Source: a virus
Taxonomy: Duplodnaviria; Caudoviricetes
Reading direction: 5' to 3' (one strand)
IMG/VR virus record: IMGVR_UViG_3300026512_000009
Span: 124 to 64,123 of that record
DNA length: 64,000 nt
The position numbers were made by a program, and so were the translations under genes. The notes beneath the pieces are model-generated. The model did not search any database and had not been told where the DNA came from. It saw nothing but the letters and a program-made list of their open reading frames with translations. Shown in pieces: positions 9,428 to 18,954 of the stretch (position 1 is its first letter; each line of letters opens with the position of its first letter).

Positions 9428-10016
9428 AAACATACTTAGTTATACTACTTTATTTGATCTAGGTATAAAGAAAGATGATGAAGCTATAGCTGTGTTTGTA
9501 AATAATGGTATTAAAGACTTACAATCTAGGTTCTTCTTAAACCCTAAAACAGATACATTAGATTTAGATGATAGTACTGTATCTTTACCTACAGACTTTA
9601 ATAGGTTTATTTCATTACAGTACAAAGATAATAATGAGTTTGTTAGATTTAATGTTACTGAAATGTATAAAGAGCTAGAATACAAACTGATACATAGTTT
9701 TAGTGGTTTACTTATCCTAGGAGACATTCCTGATAGAACAGTAAACTTTATATATGAGTCTAATATACCTTTAATAGATACATCGGAGGATGATTATGAT
9801 GATCAAGTAATAAATGTACCTACTACATTCGTAAACGCTCTTACGTTGTATGTAGGGTTTATAGCTCATGCGTCTATGGATAGTAATATTAAAGCAGAGA
9901 ATAATACATACTATATGAGATATATTGCAGAATGTAAAAGACTAACAGCTACATACAGTATACTAGAGAGTAATAGTTTAGATACTGATTACACAAATCC
10001 GATAATAGGTATCTAA
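9408..10016 (+). CDS. Head-tail adaptor-like virion protein (N4 gp67-like)
   Basis: Size, position and C-terminal NALTLYV...YYMRY..ECKRL helix pattern. Confidence 0.6.
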   Translation: MTFKELKNILSYTTLFDLGIKKDDEAIAVFVNNGIKDLQSRFFLNPKTDTLDLDDSTVSLPTDFNRFISLQYKDNNEFVRFNVTEMYKELEYKLIHSFSGLLILGDIPDRTVNFIYESNIPLIDTSEDDYDDQVINVPTTFVNALTLYVGFIAHASMDSNIKAENNTYYMRYIAECKRLTATYSILESNSLDTDYTNPIIGI

Positions 10017-10017
10017 A

Positions 10018-10410
10018 ATGGCTACTAACTACATTAGAGGTCCTTTAGGAGACTCTATAAATATAGACGATGAAATAGCTAAAGGGCATAGTACAGTAGA
10101 AGCTGTAGAAGAAGAGCAGTTTACTAAACCTGTTACGTTTACTCAGATTAGACAAACAGTTACAACTACAGATGAAGTAGTTATAGGGCATATAGAGAAT
10201 TATGTCAATACACATGAATACGTACTAGTAGCTCAAAAAGGTACTTTAAAGGTAGAAGTAAACTCTGATGATGACAGTATAGGAGATCTTAAGTATACTG
10301 CTGATGTAGAAGGTAAACCTGATATTTTATGTATCTTAGTTAGAGATAGAGAACATGAGTTATTAGTATCAAAACCCGTAATAGTTACGATAAATACAAG
10401 TCTACAGTAG
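10018..10410 (+). CDS. Hypothetical beta-rich virion protein
   Basis: 130-aa ORF in the late operon. Confidence 0.6.
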   Translation: MATNYIRGPLGDSINIDDEIAKGHSTVEAVEEEQFTKPVTFTQIRQTVTTTDEVVIGHIENYVNTHEYVLVAQKGTLKVEVNSDDDSIGDLKYTADVEGKPDILCILVRDREHELLVSKPVIVTINTSLQ

Positions 10411-10422
10411 TAAGGAAATAAA

Positions 10423-10821
10423 ATGTTTGAAAACATGTTAAATTTAGTAGGAAAAGTTAGCGATAAATTCTTTCCTGATAAAACTAAAGAATTAGAATTT
10501 AAGAATAACTTAGCTTTAGAAATGATGAAAGAAGCAAGTAAAGAGAATAGTGAATTTAAAAAATTCATGTTAGGTTATGAAGGTAAATTAGAAGATATAC
10601 CTAAAAGTATGCAAGTATTAAGAACATCTGTTAGACCTATAGTTACTTATATAGTAGTAGGAGCTTATATATACGGATTTCTACATCCTACAGAGTTTAC
10701 CCCTAATCAAATGGGTACATTAAGTAGTGTAGCATTATTAATACTAGCTTTTTGGTTTGGAGAGAGAACACTAAAAAACTTAGGCGTAGTAGATGCTTTA
10801 ACTAAAAAGGACAGTAAATGA
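10423..10821 (+). CDS. Holin (3TM/GTA-type holin family)
   Basis: DKFFPDK...RTSVRPIVTY..TM..TM..FWFGERT pattern. Confidence 0.75.
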   Translation: MFENMLNLVGKVSDKFFPDKTKELEFKNNLALEMMKEASKENSEFKKFMLGYEGKLEDIPKSMQVLRTSVRPIVTYIVVGAYIYGFLHPTEFTPNQMGTLSSVALLILAFWFGERTLKNLGVVDALTKKDSK

Positions 10822-11498
10822 GAAATTATTTATTTGGAGAGTCTTATATTATTTTTAGGATACTCTACTTATCTGTATTTTTAGTATTCTTTAATTTTAT
10901 TTATAAAGTATCTGTAGATGTGACAATAGATAAAGAAGCTAAATTGAGTTTAGAACATATCAGACAGTGTATACAACATAGTACGGGTAGTAAGAAACCT
11001 ACTACTAATATACTTAATCAGTGTTTGTCAAATTCTTTAGTAGGAGGTAGTACTGGTGATGTATTCGTAGTATCGATACGTGACAAGAAAGTAGTATGGG
11101 ATAATTCATTAGATTGTAAAACAGGAGATAATTCTACACTAACTTTAAATGGTATATGTAATAAAGCGTATGACGCTAATAGTTGTGTAGAGTTAGGTAA
11201 TATGATAGCTAAAGGATATTCTAATTCGTTTGTTTGGTATTTTAATGATAACCCTGAATACGATAGTTGGATAATACTACCTAATGAGACTTTAAACTTT
11301 AACGGTACTCCTAGAGCAAATAGTGAAAATATAGATCAATTAGCTATTGTACAGGGTGTACAGTATGTAGAATTTACGGAATATTTAAGGTATATTAAAT
11401 GGTTTGTTAATACATATATAGGTATATACCTATTCCTATTAGTTATAATATCATCAATTATTTATAAAAAAGAAAGAGAGAACCAAATGAATGACTAA
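10818..11498 (+). CDS. Membrane protein: TM - Cys-containing extracytoplasmic domain - TM
   Basis: Hydrophobic segments at both ends; located between two holin-like genes. Confidence 0.65.
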   Translation: MRNYLFGESYIIFRILYLSVFLVFFNFIYKVSVDVTIDKEAKLSLEHIRQCIQHSTGSKKPTTNILNQCLSNSLVGGSTGDVFVVSIRDKKVVWDNSLDCKTGDNSTLTLNGICNKAYDANSCVELGNMIAKGYSNSFVWYFNDNPEYDSWIILPNETLNFNGTPRANSENIDQLAIVQGVQYVEFTEYLRYIKWFVNTYIGIYLFLLVIISSIIYKKERENQMND

Positions 11499-11850
11499 TG
11501 AACAATTACATACTTTAATGCAGTTTATGGTATATATGCGAGATATATTATTAGGAGCAGTAGGTGGAGCAATAGCTTATTTACTTCAGTATAAGAAACA
11601 TAAAGAGGAAGATACTACATATACGGTTCAATGGAGTTTACTTTTAGTGAATATGGTATTAGGAGGGTTTATAGCTTCTATTATAGGAGATCTTGTACCA
11701 ACTGATACTTCTTATCACAACTTCATAGTAGGCTCTATAGGAGTAGCTAGTTACCCTCTATTAACTCTTATAGAAAATAATATAGCTATAATAGTATACG
11801 AAAAACTGACTGACACTAAAGTACAGGAAAAGGATATCGATGGAAAATAA
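11491..11850 (+). CDS. Holin-like membrane protein
   Basis: Three hydrophobic Gly-rich segments (GAVGGAIAYL, GGFIASIIG, GSIGVASY); lysis position upstream of portal as in N4. Confidence 0.6.
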   Translation: MTNEQLHTLMQFMVYMRDILLGAVGGAIAYLLQYKKHKEEDTTYTVQWSLLLVNMVLGGFIASIIGDLVPTDTSYHNFIVGSIGVASYPLLTLIENNIAIIVYEKLTDTKVQEKDIDGK

Positions 11851-13807
11851 ACAATTACTTAAAACATTTAAAGCTAACTATGATGACGCTAGTCAGTTAA
11901 GAAATAACCAATTAGATAAAGTAACGGGTTGGTTAAAAGTATATAACAGTGCTAAATACGGTAACGAGAAACCTTATAAATCACAATACGTATCAGATCT
12001 AACTAAGAAACTAGTTAGTTGGCAATTACCTGCTCTAGTAGACCCACTGGTTAACAATAAAGATTTATTAGACTTTAAACCTGCTACTTATAGAGATACA
12101 GCAATCACAATACAAGAACAAAAAGTAGCTTCTTTTGACTTACTTCAAGCTAACAATCATTATACTTTTATAACTGATTTAGTTAGTAAATTGATCAAAG
12201 AAGGTACTTGTTTTGTTAAATTGGGTTGGGAGTATGAAGAAGTATATAAAGATGTAGATGAACCTATATTTCAAGTTAACCCTGCTACAGGACAACAAGA
12301 GATGGTAGATATGAAAACAGTTACTAAAAAAGTAGTTGTAAAGAATAACCCTACACACCTAATATGTAATTTAGAAGATATCATAATAGATCCTACTTGT
12401 GAAGGAGATATAGAGAAGGCTAACTTTGTTATCCATGATTTTGATACAGATTTATCCTCTTTAAGAAAAGACGGTAGATACAAGAATTTAGACAAATTAG
12501 AAGCTAGATTAGAAGAGTTAGATACAGATACTAGATACTATGACACTAGTTTGAAAGAAGCTGAAGATATATCATTTGAATTTGCAGATAAAGCTAGAAG
12601 GAGATTAACAGTACATGAGTACTGGGGTAACTATGACCTTAATGGTGACGGTATAGCAGAACCTATTGTATGTGCTTGGTGTAATGACATAATCCTAAGA
12701 CTAGAAGAAAACCCTTTACCTGGTAAAAAACTACCTTTCGTTAAAGCAGACTACATAAGAAAACCTAAAGAAATATATGGAGAACCTTTAGCTGCATTAA
12801 CTAAGAAAACTCAACATATCGATAGTGTGCTTAAAAGAGGTGTGTTTGATGACCTTAAAAGGGTTAATAACGGACAGATAGGTGTTAAGATTGGAGCTAT
12901 GGATGATAAAAACTTTAATAGGTTTAAGAAAGGTTTAGATTTTCAATATAATACTTCAATGAATGATATATGGGTAAATGAATATAAACCTATGTCGGGT
13001 AGTATATTTAAGGTAATGGAAGATAACCATTATGAAGCTGAGTCTTTAACAGGAGTTAAGTCTTTTAATACGGGTGCTGGAGGTAACAGTTTAGGTAGTA
13101 CTGCTGCTGCAGTAAATGCTACTATGTCTTCATCAAGTAAAAGAGAAATGCATATAATTAGAGGTATTGCTGAAACATGTATTATACCTATGGTTAGAAG
13201 ATGGTTAGAATACTCTAGAGAATTTAGAGAACCTGAAGAGATAGAGGTTATTACAGATGACCCTTATGTACCTATCACTCAAGAAATTAAATATGATGTA
13301 AAAGTAAATATAGAGAGTGCAGAAGTTAGACAACAAAAGATACAATCTATGGGCTTTTTATTGCAAACTATGGGACCTAATATGCCACATGAAGTACAGC
13401 AGATGTTATTAGCTAGGTATGTTAAACTGAATGGGGAGTTGGATTTAGCTAAACAGATTGAGACTTATCAACCTCAACCAGATCCTATACAACAACAGAT
13501 GGCTCAGTTACAAGTACAGTTACTTGCAGCACAGGTTGAACTTGAAAGAGCTAAAGCAGCTAACTATGCAGCAGATGTACCTTATAAACAAGCTAAGACT
13601 GAACACATTAAGTCAGATAAGGACCTTAAAGACCTTAACTATATTAATGAAGCTTCAGGCGTTAACCATAACCAAAAAGTGGAAATGGAAGACGCTAAAA
13701 GCTTTCATAAAATACAACAAGATACTAATAAAGCAGGTATGGAATTAGGTAAAGAATTGACAGTAAATAGTCAGAATAATACATCAAACGCACAATCTAT
13801 GTTATAA
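11840..13807 (+). CDS. Portal protein (N4 gp59-like)
   Basis: 655 aa; IIIDPTC, VHEYWG.YDLNGDG, LPFV..Y, ESLTGVKSF..G..G..LG.TA motifs; Gln-rich barrel region. Confidence 0.92.
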   Translation: MENKQLLKTFKANYDDASQLRNNQLDKVTGWLKVYNSAKYGNEKPYKSQYVSDLTKKLVSWQLPALVDPLVNNKDLLDFKPATYRDTAITIQEQKVASFDLLQANNHYTFITDLVSKLIKEGTCFVKLGWEYEEVYKDVDEPIFQVNPATGQQEMVDMKTVTKKVVVKNNPTHLICNLEDIIIDPTCEGDIEKANFVIHDFDTDLSSLRKDGRYKNLDKLEARLEELDTDTRYYDTSLKEAEDISFEFADKARRRLTVHEYWGNYDLNGDGIAEPIVCAWCNDIILRLEENPLPGKKLPFVKADYIRKPKEIYGEPLAALTKKTQHIDSVLKRGVFDDLKRVNNGQIGVKIGAMDDKNFNRFKKGLDFQYNTSMNDIWVNEYKPMSGSIFKVMEDNHYEAESLTGVKSFNTGAGGNSLGSTAAAVNATMSSSSKREMHIIRGIAETCIIPMVRRWLEYSREFREPEEIEVITDDPYVPITQEIKYDVKVNIESAEVRQQKIQSMGFLLQTMGPNMPHEVQQMLLARYVKLNGELDLAKQIETYQPQPDPIQQQMAQLQVQLLAAQVELERAKAANYAADVPYKQAKTEHIKSDKDLKDLNYINEASGVNHNQKVEMEDAKSFHKIQQDTNKAGMELGKELTVNSQNNTSNAQSML

Positions 13808-13808
13808 T
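13800..13808 (+). promoter_or_regulatory. Extended -10 promoter (TGTTATAAT) upstream of the scaffold/capsid genes
   Basis: Identical to the motif at 2845; about 30 nt before the next start. Confidence 0.45.
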
Positions 13809-13838
13809 TTTGGTGTAATAAGTATATAAGGAGCAAAA

Positions 13839-14192
13839 ATGTTTATGGATATTAAAGAAGCAGAAGAGTTAGTAGTGCTTAAAAATGCTATTGAAAGATT
13901 AAAAAACAATAGAGATTTTAAAAAAGTAATTACTCTTCAATACAATGAAAAAGAAGCAGCAAGATTAGCTAAAGCATTAGCCAATCCAGAAATGCAAGAA
14001 GATATTGATCAAAGAATAATCAAAGAGAAGTTAGCAGCTATTGGGCATTTAGATGCTTGGTTAGATACTAAAATTAGATTAGGTAAACAAATCGAACAAG
14101 AACTAAAAGAAACTGAGAAAGACCAAAATAAAACAGATATGGAAGAACCAGAGATTGACGAAATTACTGGTGAAGAATTAGGAGCTGAATAA
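13839..14192 (+). CDS. N4 gp58-like protein
   Basis: AIERLKNNRDFKKVI..Y..EAARL motif; synteny. Confidence 0.7.
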   Translation: MFMDIKEAEELVVLKNAIERLKNNRDFKKVITLQYNEKEAARLAKALANPEMQEDIDQRIIKEKLAAIGHLDAWLDTKIRLGKQIEQELKETEKDQNKTDMEEPEIDEITGEELGAE

Positions 14193-15292
14193 TGGAAGCT
14201 AATGTAGATCTAACTTCGATGAACGATGAGGAATTAGATAATTTCTTATTAGGTGAAGAAAGTAATCAGGGCGTTGAGGAAGAACCTCATGTAAGTCCTA
14301 CATCTGAATCTGAAGAAGAACAACCTACTGAAGATACTGACGAGTATACGGAAGAGGACTCTGCTGAAGATTCGACTGACGATGAGCAACTTGATGGATC
14401 ATCTGAGGAGGAAACAGATACTGAAGAAGATACAGATACTGACACAGAATCTGAAGATGAAGAAGAGACTACAGAGTCAGATGAAAAAACAGATCTAGGC
14501 GAAATAGAACTAAAACCTATTAAAGCTAACGGGAAAGAGTATGAAGTTAAATCTATTGATGAACTTTATAAGTTAGCTAGTGCAGGTATTGGAGTGCAGT
14601 CTAAGTTTCAAGCTATAGCGAAATACAAGAAAGAGATTGTTACAGCAGAAGAGTTAGGGATTGATTTAACAGAAGCAGTTAATATTGCAGCTAACCTTAA
14701 AGAAGACCCTCAAGGGACTTTAAAAGCGTTAATTAAGCAGTATGATGTAAATGAGTCAGAAATAACTTTTGGGTTAGAAGACGAAGGTAACGTTGAGTTA
14801 AAAGATTATAGAGTATCAGATGATACTGTAGTGTTTAACGATATTATTAAAGAGATAGGTAATACACCTGAGTTTGAAAGAGTTAAAGACGTAGTCTTGA
14901 ATAAATGGGATGAAAGAAGTAAAGCTGAATTTTTTAAAGATCCAGTACTTTTTAAAGGTCTTCATCAAGAAATGTTACCTAATCCAACATTAGATAATAA
15001 GTCTATGTTTGAAGTAGTACAACCTGAATTTGAAAAGGTTAAACTATTTAACCCAAATTTAACTGACTACGAAGCATACTTAGAAGCTAGAAAGATTAAG
15101 GTAGCAGAGATTGAGCAACATCTACAAGCTAAACAGCAAGTAGAAGGTAAGATTAAACAGAAGAAAGCTAAAATTACTGATAAGAAGAAGAAAGCTTCTC
15201 CTAAAACTCAGAGTAAACCTGTAGCTAATATCGTTAAAGACATGAGTAAACTTAGCGATGAAGAGTTAGAGAAACTTATATTAGGAAGTTAA
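14192..15292 (+). CDS. Scaffold-like protein (N4 gp57-like)
   Basis: Very acidic N-terminus, PIKANGKEY motif, C-terminal LSDEELEK; upstream of MCP. Confidence 0.8.
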   Translation: MEANVDLTSMNDEELDNFLLGEESNQGVEEEPHVSPTSESEEEQPTEDTDEYTEEDSAEDSTDDEQLDGSSEEETDTEEDTDTDTESEDEEETTESDEKTDLGEIELKPIKANGKEYEVKSIDELYKLASAGIGVQSKFQAIAKYKKEIVTAEELGIDLTEAVNIAANLKEDPQGTLKALIKQYDVNESEITFGLEDEGNVELKDYRVSDDTVVFNDIIKEIGNTPEFERVKDVVLNKWDERSKAEFFKDPVLFKGLHQEMLPNPTLDNKSMFEVVQPEFEKVKLFNPNLTDYEAYLEARKIKVAEIEQHLQAKQQVEGKIKQKKAKITDKKKKASPKTQSKPVANIVKDMSKLSDEELEKLILGS

Positions 15293-15305
15293 AAAGGAAT
15301 ATTAA

Positions 15306-16541
15306 ATGGCTCAAATTTATGGAAATGGGACAACAACAGCTACTAACGGAGAAAACGTTAGAATTGATGCACTAAGTGAAAAAGCGATTAGAACAGCTAA
15401 AAGAGAGATTATTTTTGAACAGTTATGTGATAGTAGAACTATGCCTTTACAACATGGTAAAACGTTAAAGGTACATAAAACACTATACATTTTAGATGAT
15501 GCAAATACAAATGATCAAGGACTAGATCAAAATGGTAACCCAGTAAATGGGGATGGTAACTATGGTAACTTATACGGTTCAAGTAGATCGGTATATGATA
15601 TTACAGATGGTTTACCGAAACTAAGTGAAGGTGCTGGAAGAGTAAACAGAGTAGGTATTACTAGAATTACTAAACAAGGTACACTTACTAGAATGGGAGC
15701 ATTCTTAGAGTATACTGATGAAGTAGATTTATTCTCAGATGCTAAAATGGAAATGGATTACTACGAGAAAATGGGTGAGTTAGCAGCAGAACTTTATGAT
15801 GACTATTTACAAAAAGAGTTGTTAGGTGCTTGTGGTATCGAGTTATATGGTGGAGAAGCTACAGCTTTAGATGAAATTTGTGGTACAGATGATGATAATG
15901 CAGTAGCATCAGCATTAAGCTATAGTCTAATCTTAGATGCAGAGGATATGTTAGCAGCTAATCATGCTAAAATGAATACTGAGATTATTAAAGGTTCAAC
16001 TTTACAAGGAACAGTACCTGTTAATGCTTCATACTTTGCATATTGTGGTAGAAATACAGTAAGAGAACTTAACTTACTTAAAGATGATTTCGATCAAAAA
16101 GCATTTGTACCAGCTAGAATGTATGCAGCTACAGGAAACTTAGCTAAAAGTGAAGTAGGAGCAGTACATAGTACAAGATTTATTCAAGCTGAAAGAATGA
16201 TGAAATATGATGGTGCAGGTAAGAAAGTAGGAGCTAATGCTACAGGAGGATGGAAGTATACTCACCTAACAGCAGCACAAGCTGAAAGAAGAGGGCATAC
16301 TGATGGTGAAGCAGATTACTATGACGGATTACCAATTGTTTATGTAACTAAAGGGGCATTTGCTACTATTGGTTTAGAAGGTAAAGGTAAGATTAAATTC
16401 TTAAGTAGAAAACCAGGAGGTACACCAGATCAACAAGATCCGTACAGCTTACAAGGTATCTACTCATTCAATTTCTTTGCAGGGTCAATTGCATTAGAAC
16501 CTGAAAAGATGTGTAGAATTGTACATGCAACTAGATTTTAA
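15306..16541 (+). CDS. Major capsid protein (N4 gp56-like)
   Basis: MPLQHGKTLK, LPKLSEGAGRVNRVG, EVG....RFI, DPY...G motifs. Confidence 0.93.
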   Translation: MAQIYGNGTTTATNGENVRIDALSEKAIRTAKREIIFEQLCDSRTMPLQHGKTLKVHKTLYILDDANTNDQGLDQNGNPVNGDGNYGNLYGSSRSVYDITDGLPKLSEGAGRVNRVGITRITKQGTLTRMGAFLEYTDEVDLFSDAKMEMDYYEKMGELAAELYDDYLQKELLGACGIELYGGEATALDEICGTDDDNAVASALSYSLILDAEDMLAANHAKMNTEIIKGSTLQGTVPVNASYFAYCGRNTVRELNLLKDDFDQKAFVPARMYAATGNLAKSEVGAVHSTRFIQAERMMKYDGAGKKVGANATGGWKYTHLTAAQAERRGHTDGEADYYDGLPIVYVTKGAFATIGLEGKGKIKFLSRKPGGTPDQQDPYSLQGIYSFNFFAGSIALEPEKMCRIVHATRF

Positions 16542-16614
16542 TATCTAGCTTTCCCTTAGGGGAATGATTAAGGCATCACTAGATGTTTTAACAATTCAAC
16601 TAAAGGTAGATAAT

Positions 16615-17088
16615 ATGGCAAAAAGAACACAAGAAGAGTTACTAGAAGATTTAAAGAAAAAAGCAGATATGTTAGGTATTGAATATGCACCTAATATTGG
16701 ATTTGAAAAGCTAAAAGAAAGAGTAGATGAAAAATTAAAAGAAACTGAAACAATAAAAGAAAAGAATGTAGATACTAGTAAACGAGTACATGATGAAATG
16801 CATAAACCTATCTTAGCTAAAGTTACAGATTTAGACCCTTTATATAGTGGAGAACCTACTATTTTACTTACAGTAGGTAATGCATTCAGTAGAGTAGGGT
16901 GTATCGTTAAGAAAGGTACAGAGCAGATTATACCACAAGCAATAATTAAAGCTTTAAGAGCTAAAACTATGGTTACATGGGAAGAACAAATCCATCCAGT
17001 AACTAAAAGACCTACAGGAAATAGAGTAGCTAAAACTTCAAAAAGATTTTCAATCGAGATTATCAACGAAAATCCTAAACTTAAATAA
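16615..17088 (+). CDS. N4 gp55-like protein
   Basis: LKKKADMLGIEYAPNIGFEKLKERV motif; ATG at 16615 has an AAAGG RBS. Confidence 0.75.
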   Translation: MAKRTQEELLEDLKKKADMLGIEYAPNIGFEKLKERVDEKLKETETIKEKNVDTSKRVHDEMHKPILAKVTDLDPLYSGEPTILLTVGNAFSRVGCIVKKGTEQIIPQAIIKALRAKTMVTWEEQIHPVTKRPTGNRVAKTSKRFSIEIINENPKLK

Positions 17089-17096
17089 GGACTACT

Positions 17097-18683
17097 ATGG
17101 AAGCCTACACAGTAGAGAGGGAATTAGAGAGTACAGAAATACCCTCTACTGTTGACATATCAATCGATGACTTAACATCAAATACACAAATAAATGATGA
17201 CGGTAACCTTATCGGAGACGGTTCATTTGATAAGTTAATGGAGACAGTAGAGAAGCATATATCGAAACAAGTTGATGATGGAAGAATAACTACAGAAGCT
17301 TATGCTGAAGTATATTTAAACAGTCTAATTAAAGTACTAGATGTAGCTAATATGTTCGTACTAGAGTCTAAAGTTAAAAACTATCAAATACAAGAAATAG
17401 CAGAAAACACTAAACTTACAGGTAGTAAGAAATTGCTTACAGATAAACAATCAGAATTAGAAACAGCAAATATTGTACTAACTAACAGTAAAAGTATGCT
17501 TACAGTTAGACAGTTAGGTAGAGAATCTGCATCTATAAATTTGCTAGAAGCTCAAGTAGAAGAACTTAGAAACTATAAAAGTAAGGAATACAAAGCTAGA
17601 ACTAACTTAATTGTTAAACAAACAGAAGTAGAGACAGAAAAAGTTAATGAAGTTAAAAATAGAAGTGAATTACTATTATCTCAAGTAGGAGAAAGCAATA
17701 GTAAAATTAAACTGATTACTGCACAAACAGATACTGAACTAGTATCAAAAGACACAGAAGAAAGTAGAAAAGCTTTAATATGTGCACAAACAGGTAATGA
17801 GTTAGCTAAAAGAGATAATGTTAAAGCTCATACTGATTTACTTAAAGCACAAAGATCTGTAGAAAGTAGAAAAGCAGTATTAGTTACTAGTCAGATAAAT
17901 ACAGAAGACCAAAAAACTGAATTAACAAAAATGGAAGTAAACAAGACATTATCTGATACGGCTCTGGTAGATAAAAATATAACTTTAACAGAAAAGCAAA
18001 AAGAAGAATTAGATAGTAAAATATCTAAGTATACTGCAGAAACTAATTCTTTACTTAATGAAAGAAAACAATTAACAGAAGCTCAAGTAATCAAAATAAA
18101 TAAAGATAGTGAAGAAGTAACTAGAAGAATAAAATCTATGCAATATCAAGATGCTTTAACTAATGCTCAAACAGTTAAAGTAAATAAAGATAACGACGAA
18201 ATAACTAGAAGAATAAAATCTATGGATTACCAAGACGCTTTAACAGAAGCTCAAATAACAAGAACTCAGACAGAAGAGGTCTTAACTAAAGTAAAAGTAA
18301 ACGAAGTAGGAGCTAGGATAGATCATACTAAAGCAGAGATTGACAGTATAGTAAACTATAAGAATAATAATATTCATTCTAACACTTTACATAACTATGC
18401 TAAAATTAGATCAGCTGATCATCAAAACACACTGTTAACTAAACAAGCAGAAGTAACAGAAAAACAGCAAAACCTGATAGAGAGACAGACTAAAGGATTT
18501 GATGATGATGCTAAACTTAGACTACTTAAAGAAGTTTTAGGTAACTGGTCAGTAGCTTATTCAGTAGCACAAGACGACGTTATACCAGATTCAATTAAGT
18601 CAAATCCGATAGATAGTGTTACTAAAAATCTATTCGACAGTTTAGGTGTTGAAAACCAAGATGATCCGTTAGGTGAAGACTAA
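17097..18683 (+). CDS. N4 gp54-like coiled-coil structural protein
   Basis: GDGSFDKLM..GRIT..AYAEVY N-terminus; long coiled coil; RQTKGFDDDAKL C-terminus. Confidence 0.8.
   Translation: MEAYTVERELESTEIPSTVDISIDDLTSNTQINDDGNLIGDGSFDKLMETVEKHISKQVDDGRITTEAYAEVYLNSLIKVLDVANMFVLESKVKNYQIQEIAENTKLTGSKKLLTDKQSELETANIVLTNSKSMLTVRQLGRESASINLLEAQVEELRNYKSKEYKARTNLIVKQTEVETEKVNEVKNRSELLLSQVGESNSKIKLITAQTDTELVSKDTEESRKALICAQTGNELAKRDNVKAHTDLLKAQRSVESRKAVLVTSQINTEDQKTELTKMEVNKTLSDTALVDKNITLTEKQKEELDSKISKYTAETNSLLNERKQLTEAQVIKINKDSEEVTRRIKSMQYQDALTNAQTVKVNKDNDEITRRIKSMDYQDALTEAQITRTQTEEVLTKVKVNEVGARIDHTKAEIDSIVNYKNNNIHSNTLHNYAKIRSADHQNTLLTKQAEVTEKQQNLIERQTKGFDDDAKLRLLKEVLGNWSVAYSVAQDDVIPDSIKSNPIDSVTKNLFDSLGVENQDDPLGED
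18072..18254 (+). repeat. 84-nt (28-aa) tandem repeat within the gp54-like gene
   Basis: TTAAC.AA.GCTCAA at 18072, 18156 and 18240; TRRIKSM.YQDALT occurs twice. Confidence 0.85.
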
Positions 18684-18693
18684 AAGGAAAACT

Positions 18694-18954
18694 ATGACTA
18701 GAGTAGAAATTAAGAAAATTGTACTACAACTTATAGAGGAAGAGTATGGCACTCCTTCCTTAGATGAGTCTAAAAAGATAGTAGATATGGGTATGGATAG
18801 TTTTAGTATAGTAAGCTTTTTTCTGCTTATAGACAATGAATTTCATATATTTAAGGATATAGAAGAAGGTACTGATCCTTTTTCTACTATCGATATAAAC
18901 AATATAACATTAAAAGAGGTAATAGATATATGTTTCTTAATGAATATAAAATAA
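18694..18954 (+). CDS. Acyl carrier protein
   Basis: About 86 aa, acidic; DMGMDSFSIVSFFLLIDNEFHI is the ACP helix II with the phosphopantetheine Ser; AAGGA RBS before ATG 18694. Confidence 0.85.
   Translation: MTRVEIKKIVLQLIEEEYGTPSLDESKKIVDMGMDSFSIVSFFLLIDNEFHIFKDIEEGTDPFSTIDINNITLKEVIDICFLMNIK

Noticed and set aside
14280-14490. Low-complexity GAA/GAT-rich stretch as a DNA repeat
   Set aside because: It simply encodes the acidic N-terminus typical of scaffold proteins.
16551-16564. TTCCC-TTAG-GGGAA hairpin after the capsid gene as a terminator
   Set aside because: Short stem with no downstream U-tract; at most a pause or stability element.
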